Shown in pieces: positions 18,331 through 28,368 of a DNA stretch of 64,000 bases. The stretch covers positions 3,073 through 67,072 of the forward strand of contig JABFRQ010000004.1 of assembly GCA_013141075.1 (NCBI GenBank). The letters are read 5' to 3'. The notes under the pieces are model-generated. The model worked only from the letters and a program-made list of their open reading frames with translations. It did no database searches and was not told the origin of the DNA. Within the stretch, counting starts at the first letter, position 1; each line of letters starts with the position of its first letter. The DNA comes from Methylotenera sp. GTDB taxonomy: Bacteria > Pseudomonadota > Gammaproteobacteria > Burkholderiales > Methylophilaceae. A program made the position numbers and the translations under genes.

Positions 18331-18359
18331 ATCCTACAAATAAAATAGATTTGCGTCAA
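18331..18359 (-). promoter_or_regulatory. Distal cassette promoter Pc (sigma70-type)
   Basis: TTGACG-N17-TAGGAT. Confidence 0.7.
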
Positions 18360-18385
18360 ATCTGATATCGTTAATTAAATACTTA

Positions 18386-18607
18386 CTAAGCTTTTTGCCA
18401 AGTAATATCAATTTTTTTATGGTTGGCGGCGCAATCTCGCAAATATAAATTGATTAAGCTTTGGTAAGGCACGCCAGCTTCATCGGACATTTGTTTGAAA
18501 TAGCCAATCACATCTTCACTTAAGCGCATGGTCACCGATTTTTTTAGCTTGCTTGCGTAAGGGTTTTTGCGAGCTTTCATGGCTGATAAATCATATTCTG
18601 TTTTCAT
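18386..18607 (-). CDS. brnA: BrnA/CopG-like antitoxin
   Basis: EYDLS....RKNPYA..LKK.VTMRL...VI.YFK.......PYQSLINLYL RHH-type; downstream of brnT. Confidence 0.85.
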   Translation of the reverse strand: MKTEYDLSAMKARKNPYASKLKKSVTMRLSEDVIGYFKQMSDEAGVPYQSLINLYLRDCAANHKKIDITWQKA

Positions 18608-18645
18608 TTTATTGCACCTTAATTATATTCATTTTTGAATTATAT

Positions 18646-18924
18646 TCATTTTTGATAATATCCACATTCGGCCTTGGTAGCTTTTCTAGCGGAAATGATA
18701 CGGATAACGTGACCTTGGTTACGTTCGCAATGGCAAACAATCAGTAGGCGAGCTTTATCGCTAAACCCAAGCATTAAAAACCTATTTTCTGCTTCGGCAT
18801 CATTATTATCAAAAAACTGAACCGCAAATTCATCATAAAAAATAGATTGGGCTTCTTCAAAAGAAACGCGATGTTTCTTGATGTTTGAACTTGCTTTGTT
18901 TGCATCCCATTCAAACTTAATCAT
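18646..18924 (-). CDS. brnT: BrnT-family ribonuclease toxin
   Basis: FEWD..K...N..KH.VSFEEA...F...IRIISARKAT. Confidence 0.92.
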   Translation of the reverse strand: MIKFEWDANKASSNIKKHRVSFEEAQSIFYDEFAVQFFDNNDAEAENRFLMLGFSDKARLLIVCHCERNQGHVIRIISARKATKAECGYYQK

Positions 18925-18930
18925 ACTTAC

Positions 18931-18958
18931 ATTGTATGTACGTTTAAGGGGGTGTCAA
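18931..18958 (-). promoter_or_regulatory. brnTA promoter, predicts leaderless mRNA
   Basis: TTGACA-N16-TACAAT with the brnT ATG 6 nt downstream. Confidence 0.7.
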
Positions 18959-18977
18959 GTATTTGGAAGAAATTTTT

Positions 18978-19382
18978 CTAAAACTCAAACGGATTCAACA
19001 CTTTTACAGAAAATCGCTCAAAATCGCGCACGTTACGGGTGACTACGGTGAGTTGGTGGGTGATTGCGCAAGCAGCAATCATGGCATCTTCAATCACGGT
19101 GTTAGATTGCTCGTGCATGAGCCTTGCCCATATTCTGAATGCGTCCGCCGTCATGGGTAATACGCTGTAACTATTGGCTACTTGGTTAAGCCACGCCTCA
19201 ATTTCACTCGCTTTATCAACATCTTGCTCGCGCGTGATTTCAATACCCGCCTGAATTTCGCCAATGGTAACGGGGCATAAATGCAAATCGCGGTCATCTA
19301 CACTCTGAAGCCACGCCAACACCGCGTCGTGCGGTTTAATTTTTCTGAGTTCTGAAACTATATTGGTGTCGATTAAATACAT
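18978..19382 (-). CDS. vapC: VapC/PIN-domain toxin
   Basis: YLIDTNIVSE, TIGEI, DAMIAA.A......VVTRN.RDF. Confidence 0.92.
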   Translation of the reverse strand: MYLIDTNIVSELRKIKPHDAVLAWLQSVDDRDLHLCPVTIGEIQAGIEITREQDVDKASEIEAWLNQVANSYSVLPMTADAFRIWARLMHEQSNTVIEDAMIAACAITHQLTVVTRNVRDFERFSVKVLNPFEF

Positions 19383-19385
19383 GCG

Positions 19386-19643
19386 TTACGCGCCAGTAGG
19401 TGCGCGGCGTTTAGCCTTGCCGCGTGGTGGAATGTTTAAGTCGCCGCGTGCAACACCAGACAATAACAATGTTTTTAACGTAGGCGATGCAGCTTGGGTT
19501 AGGCGTTTCCATTCAGCAATCGGCACTAAAACCGCTGTTTCTACGCCGCGACGCGTCACAAGTTGTGAGCCATCGGTAATGCAGGCATCTAAAAATTCGC
19601 TAAAGCGCGCTTTAGCATCTTGTACTGGCCAAGTATTCATCAT
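19386..19643 (-). CDS. Phd/YefM-family antitoxin
   Basis: W.VQDAKARFSE.L......Q.VTRRG...AVLV; GAGG RBS before MMNT. Confidence 0.9.
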   Translation of the reverse strand: MMNTWPVQDAKARFSEFLDACITDGSQLVTRRGVETAVLVPIAEWKRLTQAASPTLKTLLLSGVARGDLNIPPRGKAKRRAPTGA

Positions 19644-19660
19644 ATAAAGCCTCATTTAAG

Positions 19661-19678
19661 ACTAGTTAGATGACTAGT
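19661..19678. promoter_or_regulatory. Putative antitoxin operator (two ACTAGT palindromes)
   Basis: ACTAGT-tagatg-ACTAGT just upstream of the phd-like gene. Confidence 0.5.
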
Positions 19679-19799
19679 TTAATAACGTTGTTTAAGTTTG
19701 TCAAATGATTGTTTGTGTTTTTATTAAAACACCCTGTTGGTAAATTTAAATATAGTGTAAAATCAACTAATTATAAATTATTAGTTAATCCTAAATGAT

Positions 19800-20807
19800 A
19801 TGTTAAATACGTCAAATACATTAAAAAATGAACCACCAAAACTACTAGACCAAGTGCGCGGAAAAATCCGTTTAAAGCATTACAGCATCCGCACAGAGCA
19901 AGCGTATGTAGATTGGATTAAACGCTTTATTTTGCATTTTGATAAGCAGCACCCTAAAGATTTAGGCGCGGCGCAGGTGGAGCAATTTTTAACGCATTTG
20001 GCGGTGGTGGGTAAGGTTTCTGCTAGCACGCAAAATCAGGCAAAAAGCGCGTTATTGTTTTTGTACAAAGAAATTCTAGGCAGTGAGCTGCCTTGGTTAG
20101 ATGATGTTGAGCAGGCCAAAACCAGCAAGCGCCTGCCCGTAGTGCTCACACAGCAAGAAGTGCAGGCGATTTTAAGCCAGCTTAGCGGCACGCATCATTT
20201 AGTGGTAAGCATGCTTTACGGCACGGGTATGCGTATTCTAGAGGGCTTGCGGTTGCGGGTGAAAGACATTGATTTTGCGCGTAAAGAAATTTTAATTCGT
20301 GATGGCAAAGGCTATAAAGACCGCGTGACCATGCTACCTTTAAGCTTGGTAATACCTTTGCAGGCGCATTTAGCGCAGGTAAAAATGCTGCACGAAAAAG
20401 ATTTAGCACAAGGTTATGGCGCAGTGTATATGCCGTTTGCCTTGGGCAAAAAATACCCATATGCAGCGCGCGATTGGGCTTGGCAATATGTGTTTCCATC
20501 GGGCAAGCTGTCGGTTGACCCGCGCAGTTTAGATGAAAACGGTGCTGGTGAAACGCGCCGCCATCACGTGCAAGACCAAGCCATTCAGCGCGCGGTGCGC
20601 CAAGCGGTGGTAGATGCCAACCTTACCAAACCCGCCACGCCGCATACATTTCGCCATAGTTTTGCCACACATTTACTTGAAAGCGGCTACGATATTCGCA
20701 CCGTGCAAGAGTTGCTTGGGCATTCTGACGTAGCAACCACCATGATTTACACGCATGTGCTCAACAAAGGCGGGCGCGGCGTGAGTAGTCCGTTGGATGG
20801 TTTATAG
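19800..20807 (+). CDS. intI: Integron integrase (tyrosine recombinase), intact
   Basis: [25 protein letters not shown], IntI-specific insert ([24 protein letters not shown]), [19 protein letters not shown]. Confidence 0.98.
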   Translation: MLNTSNTLKNEPPKLLDQVRGKIRLKHYSIRTEQAYVDWIKRFILHFDKQHPKDLGAAQVEQFLTHLAVVGKVSASTQNQAKSALLFLYKEILGSELPWLDDVEQAKTSKRLPVVLTQQEVQAILSQLSGTHHLVVSMLYGTGMRILEGLRLRVKDIDFARKEILIRDGKGYKDRVTMLPLSLVIPLQAHLAQVKMLHEKDLAQGYGAVYMPFALGKKYPYAARDWAWQYVFPSGKLSVDPRSLDENGAGETRRHHVQDQAIQRAVRQAVVDANLTKPATPHTFRHSFATHLLESGYDIRTVQELLGHSDVATTMIYTHVLNKGGRGVSSPLDGL

Positions 20808-20838
20808 GGCTTGTTGCAAATCACCGTAATCAGGTTTA

Positions 20839-20856
20839 TTATAACGTTTGTTATAA
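20839..20856. promoter_or_regulatory. Inverted repeat, probable AbrB-antitoxin operator
   Basis: TTATAAC-N4-GTTATAA upstream of the TA operon. Confidence 0.45.
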
Positions 20857-20875
20857 CATAAACGTTGGAGCTGAG

Positions 20876-21100
20876 ATGCACACCCTAAAATTGACTAAAA
20901 TTGGTAACTCCCTTGGCTTAATCTTACCCAAAGAAGTGCTGGCGCGATTGAAGTTAGAAAAAGGCGACACCGTATTTTTAACCGATGCGCCAGGCGCTGC
21001 AACCATTACGCCGCATGACCCTAGTTTTATCGATCAGCTTGAGATAGGCCGTGAATTTATGCGTGAGTATCGCGATACTTTTAACGAACTGGCAAAATAA
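20876..21100 (+). CDS. AbrB/MazE/SpoVT-family antitoxin
   Basis: LKLTKIGNSLGLILPKEVL.RL.L.KGD.VFL. Confidence 0.9.
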   Translation: MHTLKLTKIGNSLGLILPKEVLARLKLEKGDTVFLTDAPGAATITPHDPSFIDQLEIGREFMREYRDTFNELAK

Positions 21101-21489
21101 TGATGCAGCATTGGCGGTGGGTAGATAAACAGCTTTTAATTTTGTTGCATGATGAAAGCTTGGTAACGCATGGCGGAGCATCTGGGGTTCGTGATGAAGG
21201 TTTGCTAGATTCTGCACTAAGTCGTGCGCCAAATTTAGCCCTGAACGGCAACCCTGATTTTGCAGATTTAGCGGCGGCTTATGGATTAGGATTAGCCAAA
21301 AACCACGCTTTTGTAGACGGTAATAAACGCGTTGCTTTTCTTTCCGTAGGTTTATTTTTAGGTATAAATGGTTACAAGCTCAATGCTAATCAGGTGGATG
21401 CAACTTTAACCATGCTCGCCGTAGCCGCGGGTGATACCGATGAAGCGACTTTTGCTAGCTGGATACGTGGTAACACAGTAAAACGCTAG
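21100..21489 (+). CDS. doc: Doc (death-on-curing) Fic-fold toxin
   Basis: NHAFVDGNKRVA motif; TAATG overlap with antitoxin. Confidence 0.92.
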   Translation: MMQHWRWVDKQLLILLHDESLVTHGGASGVRDEGLLDSALSRAPNLALNGNPDFADLAAAYGLGLAKNHAFVDGNKRVAFLSVGLFLGINGYKLNANQVDATLTMLAVAAGDTDEATFASWIRGNTVKR

Positions 21490-21577
21490 TTTAAGCGCAT
21501 ATTTCCTTAGCCAGTTTGGCTTAGCTAGTCTAAAATTACACCTTTATTGCAGTTAATTATTTTTACGGATTTTTACT

Positions 21578-23428
21578 ATGCCAGTTTATCGTTCACGTAC
21601 CACCACCCACGGCCGCAACATGGCGGGCGCACGCGCTTTGTGGCGCGCCACTGGCATGAAAGACGGCGATTTTGATAAACCAATTATCGCAGTGTGCAAC
21701 TCATTTACGCAATTTGTGCCAGGGCATGTTCACCTTAAAGATTTAGGCCAGCTCGTGGCGCGTGAAATTGAGCGCGCAGGCGGCGTGGCAAAAGAGTTCA
21801 ATACCATCGCGGTGGATGACGGCATTGCCATGGGCCACGGCGGCATGTTGTATAGCTTGCCAAGCCGCGATTTAATTGCAGACTCCGTAGAATATATGGT
21901 CAACGCGCACTGTGCCGATGCGCTGGTGTGCATCTCCAATTGTGACAAAATTACCCCAGGTATGCTCATGGCGGCGCTACGCTTGAATATCCCCGTGGTG
22001 TTCGTTTCTGGCGGCCCGATGGAAGCTGGCAAAGTAAACTGGCAAGGTGAAGTGCTGAAGCTTGATTTGGTTGATGCCATGGTAGCTGCAGCAGATAGCA
22101 AAGTAAGCGATGCAAAAGCTGAAGCCATTGAGCGCTCCGCTTGCCCAACTTGCGGCAGTTGCTCTGGCATGTTCACGGCAAATTCCATGAACTGTTTAAC
22201 TGAAGCATTAGGCTTAAGCTTGCCTGGCAACGGCTCTGCACTTGCCACGCACGGGGCGCGTAAAGAATTATTTTTAAAAGCAGGGCGCTTAATTGTAGAA
22301 ATCACCAAACGCCATTATGAGCAAGATGATTACAGTGTGTTGCCGCGCTCAATCGCCAATATGAAAGCCTTTGAAAACGCCATGGCGCTAGATGTTGCCA
22401 TGGGCGGCAGCACTAATACCGTGCTGCATTTGTTAGCCGCCGCGCACGAGGCAGAGCTTGATTTCACCATGAGCGATATTGATAAAATTTCACGCAAAGT
22501 GCCGTGCGTGTGCAAAGTTGCACCCGCCACACAAAAATATCACATGGAAGACGTACACCACGCAGGTGGCGTAATGGGCATTTTGGGCGAGTTAGATCGC
22601 GCAGGTGTGATTCACCGCGACACGCCCACTGTGCATAGCCCAACAATGGGCGACGCGCTAGATAAATGGGATATTAAAGTCACCAAAGATGAAGACGTAA
22701 AAAAATTCTACCGCGCCGCGCCAGCAGGCATTGTAACGACCATTGCGTTTAGCCAAAGCATGCTTTACCCAACGCTGGACGACGACCGTGCGGAAGGCTG
22801 CATTCGCGATTTAGCGCATGCGTATTCATTAGATGGCGGCTTAGCCGTGCTGTACGGCAATATCGCGCTAGACGGTTGCATTGTAAAAACCGCAGGCGTG
22901 GACGACAGTATTTTAAAATTCACAGGTCGCGCACGTATTTTTGAAAGCCAAGATGCCTCAGTTGAAGCAATTTTAGCCGACCAAATTGTAGCGGGCGATG
23001 TAGTCGTCATCCGTTACGAAGGCCCCCGCGGCGGCCCAGGCATGCAAGAAATGCTATACCCAACTAGCTACTTAAAATCAAAAGATTTAGGCAAAGTTTG
23101 CGCCTTGCTCACAGATGGCCGTTTTTCAGGCGGCACTTCAGGTTTAAGCATCGGCCACGCAAGCCCAGAAGCGGCTGAGGGCGGCGCAATTGGCTTGGTA
23201 GAAGAAGGCGACACCATTGAAATTGACATTCCAAACCGCACCATTCATTTAGCAATTTCAGACGAAGAAATGTCGCATCGCCGCGCAAAAATGGAAGCTA
23301 AAGGTAAAGATGCTTGGAAGCCAATAAATCGTGTGCGTGCCGTTTCACCCGCTTTACGTGCCTATGCAGCAATGAGCACCAGCGCGGCGCGTGGGGCAGT
23401 GCGCGATGTTAGCCAAATTGAAAAGTAA
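21578..23428 (+). CDS. ilvD: Dihydroxy-acid dehydratase
   Basis: [40 protein letters not shown]. Confidence 0.98.
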   Translation: MPVYRSRTTTHGRNMAGARALWRATGMKDGDFDKPIIAVCNSFTQFVPGHVHLKDLGQLVAREIERAGGVAKEFNTIAVDDGIAMGHGGMLYSLPSRDLIADSVEYMVNAHCADALVCISNCDKITPGMLMAALRLNIPVVFVSGGPMEAGKVNWQGEVLKLDLVDAMVAAADSKVSDAKAEAIERSACPTCGSCSGMFTANSMNCLTEALGLSLPGNGSALATHGARKELFLKAGRLIVEITKRHYEQDDYSVLPRSIANMKAFENAMALDVAMGGSTNTVLHLLAAAHEAELDFTMSDIDKISRKVPCVCKVAPATQKYHMEDVHHAGGVMGILGELDRAGVIHRDTPTVHSPTMGDALDKWDIKVTKDEDVKKFYRAAPAGIVTTIAFSQSMLYPTLDDDRAEGCIRDLAHAYSLDGGLAVLYGNIALDGCIVKTAGVDDSILKFTGRARIFESQDASVEAILADQIVAGDVVVIRYEGPRGGPGMQEMLYPTSYLKSKDLGKVCALLTDGRFSGGTSGLSIGHASPEAAEGGAIGLVEEGDTIEIDIPNRTIHLAISDEEMSHRRAKMEAKGKDAWKPINRVRAVSPALRAYAAMSTSAARGAVRDVSQIEK

Positions 23429-23457
23429 GCCACATTAACTGGTGTAATTTAAAGATA

Positions 23458-24410
23458 ATGAATAAGATGAATACAGAAACATTAGCAGCTAACCCATCAG
23501 TGGTAAATCAACTGAAAACGGAAAAACGCTTAAAGTTGCACGCCCATGTAATGCAAACTAAAGATGAAAACGGTTTACAGTATTTAGAAGTTGATAACCC
23601 GCTTGCTACTGCGCGAATCGCCTTGCAAGGTGCGCATGTGATTAGCTGGCAGCCTAAATTTTTAGCACAACCAGTATTGTGGCTATCAAGCAACGCACGC
23701 TTTGTAAAGGTCGTTCAATTCGTGGCGGCGTGCCTATCTGCTGGCCATGGTTTGGTGCGCATCCAACAGATAGCACGTTTTGCCCACATGGTTTTGCGCG
23801 CGTTATTCCTTGGCGTGTGACTGATATTGATGCCACGCCAACTGGTGCAACGCGCATTATGCTAGAAATGCTAGAAACACCAGAGGCAAAACGCCAGCTT
23901 TCTTATCCGTATACCCTTACGGCTACAATCACGGTAGGTCGCCGTTTACGTGTAGATTTAGCAACAACTAATAAAGCAGATCATCCATTCGTGATTAGTG
24001 AAGCGTTTCATACTTATTTAAACATTAGCGATATTGATAATGTAAAAATCACTGGCCTGCAAGATTGCGTGTACTCAGATAAAATGGTGAAGTATGGACG
24101 CCAAGTTGAGCACAATGCACTCACATTTGATGGTGAGTTTGACCGCGTATTTATCAACCATAGTTCAGATTGCATTGTGCATGACACAGGTTTTAATCGC
24201 CTAATTCACGTACAAAAATCAGGTAGTGATACCACCGTGGTTTGGAGCCCAGGCCCTGAAAAATCCGCCCAAATGGCCGATATGGGCGCACCTGATGAAT
24301 GGCGTAAAATGGTCTGTGTAGAAACCACTAATGCCTTAGATAATATGGTGGTAATCAACCCAGGCCGTACGCATGTAATTAGTGCAGAGTATGTGATAGA
24401 GACACTTTAA
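23458..24410 (+). pseudogene. D-hexose-6-phosphate mutarotase (YeaD-like), frameshifted
   Basis: Two ORFs join as ...NARFVK/GRSIRGGVPICWPWFG if one A is added to the A3 run at 23706-23708; may be an assembly error. Confidence 0.8.
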
Positions 24411-24434
24411 TGCTGAATAGCAATAAAGAAAAAA

Positions 24435-26480
24435 ATGCCTAACGCATTAAAGCTAGAAACCAGCCCTTACCTTCTGCAACACGCAAGTAACCCCGTTGAA
24501 TGGTACCCGTGGGGAGAGCAAGCACTCACTTTAGCACGTAAACTTAACAAGCCCATATTGCTTTCAATCGGCTATTCAGCTTGCCATTGGTGCCATGTCA
24601 TGGCGCATGAATCGTTTGAAGACGAAGCTGTTGCGGCGATTATGAATGAACACTTTATTAACATTAAAGTGGATCGTGAAGAACGCCCAGATATTGACCA
24701 AATCTACCAAACCGCACACAGCATGCTCAGCCAAAAAAGCGGCGGCTGGCCGTTAACGGTGTTTTTAACGCCGAATCAAGAACCGTATTTTACAGGTACT
24801 TATTTCCCAAAAACTGCGCGTTATCAATTACCAGGGTTTGCTGATTTAATTCCGCGCGTCGCTGCCTATTATCACGAACGCAAAGATGAAGTCGCCACAC
24901 AAACTCAGCAACTAGCGGCGGCACTTGCGCGTACCATTCCTGCGGCGAATACCTTAGTAACCGCCGATGAAAGTACTATTCAATTAGGCTTTGCGCAATT
25001 GCGCGAAAGTTTTGATTTTGAACATGGCGGTTTTGGCACATCGCCAAAATTCCCTAACCCTGCGGATATTACTTTACTTTTGCATGCAGCCAAAGCTGGC
25101 AACAAAGAAGCAGAAGCCATGGCATTACAAATGCTTTCAGCAATGGCAAATGGTGGAATTTATGACCAAATCGGTGGTGGATTTTGCCGATATTCAGTGG
25201 ATGAAAGCTGGAATATTCCGCATTTTGAAAAAATGTTGTACGACAACGGCCAGCTACTTTTTTTATATACCGATGGCTGGCAGTTAAGCAAAAATGCGGC
25301 TGAAAAAGCCGTATATGCGCAAGTGATTGCAGAAACTATTGCTTGGTTACAGCGTGAAATGCTAGATGCGCGTGGTGCGATTTTTTCTTCGCTAGACGCA
25401 GACTCTATGGATGCTCACGGCCATTCTGAAGAAGGCGCATTTTATGTGTGGCAGCCTGCTGAAGTAAAAGCGCTACTCACGCCAGAAGAATTTGTAGTCG
25501 CTAGTCGCAGTTTTGGCTTTGATAAAGCGCCAAATTTTGAAATGCAAGCTTGGCACGCTTATATGGTCATAACGCCAGATGAGCAAGATAAGCTTTTATT
25601 GCAATCCGCAAAACTCAAGCTATTTGCCGCGCGTGAGCAACGCCCGCGCCCAGGTTTGGACGACAAAATTCTCACCAGCTGGAATGCCTTAGCCATTAAA
25701 GGCTTAGCGCGCGCAGGCAAAGTGTTTAACCGTGCCGATTGGGTTAAACTCGCGCAAAATGCTGTAGATTTTATTCGCGAAAAATTGTGGGTTAAAAATG
25801 TTGATGGTAAGTTTCAGCTGCTTGCAACTTGCAAAAATAATAAAGTGCACCTCAATGCTTATTTAGATGACCACGCATTTTTATTAGATGCGTTAATTGA
25901 ACTAATGCAAGCCGATTACAGAAGCGCCGACATGCAACTTGCCGAAGAAATTGCTGAAGCCATGTTAGAAAATTTTGAAGCTGAAGACGGCGGTTTTTAC
26001 TTTACTTCTCATCAGCATGAGCAGCTTATTCATCGACCCAAACAAGGTTATGATAATGCCACGCCCAATGGCAATGGTATTGCCGCAGTTGCCTTGCAGC
26101 GCTTAGGGCATATATTAGGCGAAGCGCGTTATTTACAAAGTGCTGAGCGCACACTGCAAGCTTTTGATAGCACCATTAAACGCAATCCAGCAGGCTGTGC
26201 GAGTCTAACGCACGCATTAAACGAATATTTAACGCCGCCTACGCTAGTGATTTTGCGCGGAACTACAGAAAAATTGCGTGTTTGGAAGCAAGAAATTAAG
26301 CAACAATATCTGCCACATCATCTATTTTTCTATATTGATGAAACTGTAACCGCGCTACCTAAAACGTTACAAAGAGGTTTTGATATAAATTTGCAAAAAG
26401 ATGTCAACGCTTGGGTGTGTAAAGGCGTTATTTGCTCACAGAGTATTGATAACCTGCCAAGTTTACTAAGTGAAATATAA
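24435..26480 (+). CDS. Thioredoxin-domain protein, YyaL/DUF255 family
   Basis: [30 protein letters not shown]. Confidence 0.93.
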   Translation: MPNALKLETSPYLLQHASNPVEWYPWGEQALTLARKLNKPILLSIGYSACHWCHVMAHESFEDEAVAAIMNEHFINIKVDREERPDIDQIYQTAHSMLSQKSGGWPLTVFLTPNQEPYFTGTYFPKTARYQLPGFADLIPRVAAYYHERKDEVATQTQQLAAALARTIPAANTLVTADESTIQLGFAQLRESFDFEHGGFGTSPKFPNPADITLLLHAAKAGNKEAEAMALQMLSAMANGGIYDQIGGGFCRYSVDESWNIPHFEKMLYDNGQLLFLYTDGWQLSKNAAEKAVYAQVIAETIAWLQREMLDARGAIFSSLDADSMDAHGHSEEGAFYVWQPAEVKALLTPEEFVVASRSFGFDKAPNFEMQAWHAYMVITPDEQDKLLLQSAKLKLFAAREQRPRPGLDDKILTSWNALAIKGLARAGKVFNRADWVKLAQNAVDFIREKLWVKNVDGKFQLLATCKNNKVHLNAYLDDHAFLLDALIELMQADYRSADMQLAEEIAEAMLENFEAEDGGFYFTSHQHEQLIHRPKQGYDNATPNGNGIAAVALQRLGHILGEARYLQSAERTLQAFDSTIKRNPAGCASLTHALNEYLTPPTLVILRGTTEKLRVWKQEIKQQYLPHHLFFYIDETVTALPKTLQRGFDINLQKDVNAWVCKGVICSQSIDNLPSLLSEI

Positions 26481-26572
26481 AAAGCTGGCTTGTTACAAAG
26501 TGTAATTATGGGTATCATTGCTGGTTGCAAAAAATGCAAAATATATTTTAAGCGTTAATTCAAGGAGATAGC

Positions 26573-26884
26573 ATGAAAGCATTATTATTAACAATCGCGT
26601 TAGCGGGTTCTATGTTGGTGGCTGGTCAAGCATCTGCAAACCAAGCATTAGCGCAAAAAAGTGGCTGCTTAGCTTGCCACAGTATTGATAAAAAAGTATT
26701 AGGCCCAGCGTATAAAGATATTGCGGCGAAATACAAAGGCAACAAAGCTGCAGAAGCCATGTTGATTGAAAAAGTTAAAAAAGGTGGTAGCGGTACATGG
26801 GGTCCAATGCCTATGCCAGCAAACAGCCCACAAGTGAAAGATGCTGATATTAAAACAATCGTAGAGTGGGTTTTAGCAATGTAA
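26573..26884 (+). CDS. Class I cytochrome c (c551/c552-like)
   Basis: Signal peptide, CLACH heme motif, WGPMPMP axial Met. Confidence 0.95.
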   Translation: MKALLLTIALAGSMLVAGQASANQALAQKSGCLACHSIDKKVLGPAYKDIAAKYKGNKAAEAMLIEKVKKGGSGTWGPMPMPANSPQVKDADIKTIVEWVLAM

Positions 26885-26915
26885 TTTAGTTGCTAGAATG
26901 CAGTTCTAGTATAAG

Positions 26916-26945
26916 AAAAAGCCAGCTCAAAAAGCTGGCTTTTTT
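26916..26945. terminator. Bidirectional Rho-independent terminator
   Basis: AAAAAGCCAGCT-caaaa-AGCTGGCTTTTTT between convergent genes. Confidence 0.85.
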
Positions 26946-27003
26946 GTTGGCTAAACACATAGCCATTGTTGCGCTACGCTCGCAATGATTACGGTAGAGT
27001 TTA

Positions 27004-28356
27004 TTATTTTACCAACCCAAACAGAAACAAAAACACCGCCGCAATAGCAATTGGCGCAATGTAATTATTAGTAAATTGCCATAATTTGAAATGTTGATTA
27101 TTTAAATCTAACTCTTCTTGCACATGGTTTTTCTTCATCACATAACCTGCAAAAATTGCCATCAATAAGCCACCCAATGGCAATAATATTGTGGAGGTGA
27201 GTTTGTCTAAGGTTTCAAAAATATTAAGTCCAAAGATAATTTTAATCTCTTTCCATTCGTTAAAAGATAACACCACCGCAACACCAAGTAGCCAAACAAT
27301 TAAGCCTAATCCCCAAGCGGCGCTGTAGCGTTTAATTTTTGTGTTTTCAGTTATCCAGGCAATGGCGGGCTCTACGAGAGAAATGGATGATGTCCAAGCT
27401 GCAAATGCAACAAGTAAGAAAAATAATGTGCCAATAAAATTACCACTAGGCATGTGGCCAAAGGCAATGGGTAAGGTTTGAAATATCAAACCTGGCCCCG
27501 CGTTTGGTGCTAAGTGGTTGGCAAAGACTAGCGAGTAAATCGCCAAGCCAACCAAAAGCCCAAGCATGGTATCGGCCAACGCTATATAAATGGTGGTGCG
27601 CGCGATAGACACATTGCGCTGCAAATATGAGCCATACACCATCACTGCACCCATGCCCAAACTCAGTGAGAAAAAAGCGTGCCCCAGTGCAGACAACACC
27701 GCAACTGGCGTAATTTTAGAAAAATCAGGCTTAAACATAAATTGTGCGGCAGCATGCATGTCGCCAACAGACATGCTGTAACCAAGCAACACCAACAAAA
27801 TAGCGAATAAGGACGGGATTAAAATGTTATTGGCTTTTTCAAGACCTGAGTTCACGCCTTTGGCTACCACGGCCATGGTCATGACCATAAAAATGGTGTG
27901 CCAAAATGTGAGTTTGAGTGGTGAAGCTAATAAAGCTTTAAAGTTGGTGGTAGATTGCGCGGCGGTGATTTGGCTAAAATTGCCGCCGCCAGCCTCAAAA
28001 ATATAAGCCAATACCCAGCCACCAATCACGCTGTAAAAGCCTAATATCAGCAAGCCTGTAACCATGCCCATGCCACCTAAGTATTTCCAAGCGCTAGAAG
28101 CTTGCGCCTCGCTCGCCAGTGCTTGCATGCCATCTAAAGGATTTTTTTGCGTGCGCCGACCCAACAAGATTTCGGTCATCATTAGCGGTATGCCCACAAA
28201 GAAAATGCAGGCTACAAATACCAGAACAAACGCGCTACCACCGTTTACGCCTATCATGTACGGTAGTTTCCAAATGTTGCCCAAGCCAATGGCAGAGCCA
28301 GCTGTAGCTAGCATAAACGTCCAGCGGCTGTTCCAATGGCTGCGATGCTGAGGCAT
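27004..28356 (-). CDS. Sodium-dependent transporter, NSS/SNF family
   Basis: W.SRWTF.LA..GSAIGLGNIWK.PY..G.NGG. Confidence 0.95.
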   Translation of the reverse strand: MPQHRSHWNSRWTFMLATAGSAIGLGNIWKLPYMIGVNGGSAFVLVFVACIFFVGIPLMMTEILLGRRTQKNPLDGMQALASEAQASSAWKYLGGMGMVTGLLILGFYSVIGGWVLAYIFEAGGGNFSQITAAQSTTNFKALLASPLKLTFWHTIFMVMTMAVVAKGVNSGLEKANNILIPSLFAILLVLLGYSMSVGDMHAAAQFMFKPDFSKITPVAVLSALGHAFFSLSLGMGAVMVYGSYLQRNVSIARTTIYIALADTMLGLLVGLAIYSLVFANHLAPNAGPGLIFQTLPIAFGHMPSGNFIGTLFFLLVAFAAWTSSISLVEPAIAWITENTKIKRYSAAWGLGLIVWLLGVAVVLSFNEWKEIKIIFGLNIFETLDKLTSTILLPLGGLLMAIFAGYVMKKNHVQEELDLNNQHFKLWQFTNNYIAPIAIAAVFLFLFGLVK

Positions 28357-28368
28357 AATTTGTTACTT

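Noticed and set aside
19681-19697. Possible relic attI next to intI (minus strand CTTAAACAACGTTATTA)
   Set aside because: Core does not fit GTTRRRY and the two TA operons have no attC, so a cassette origin for them is unsupported.
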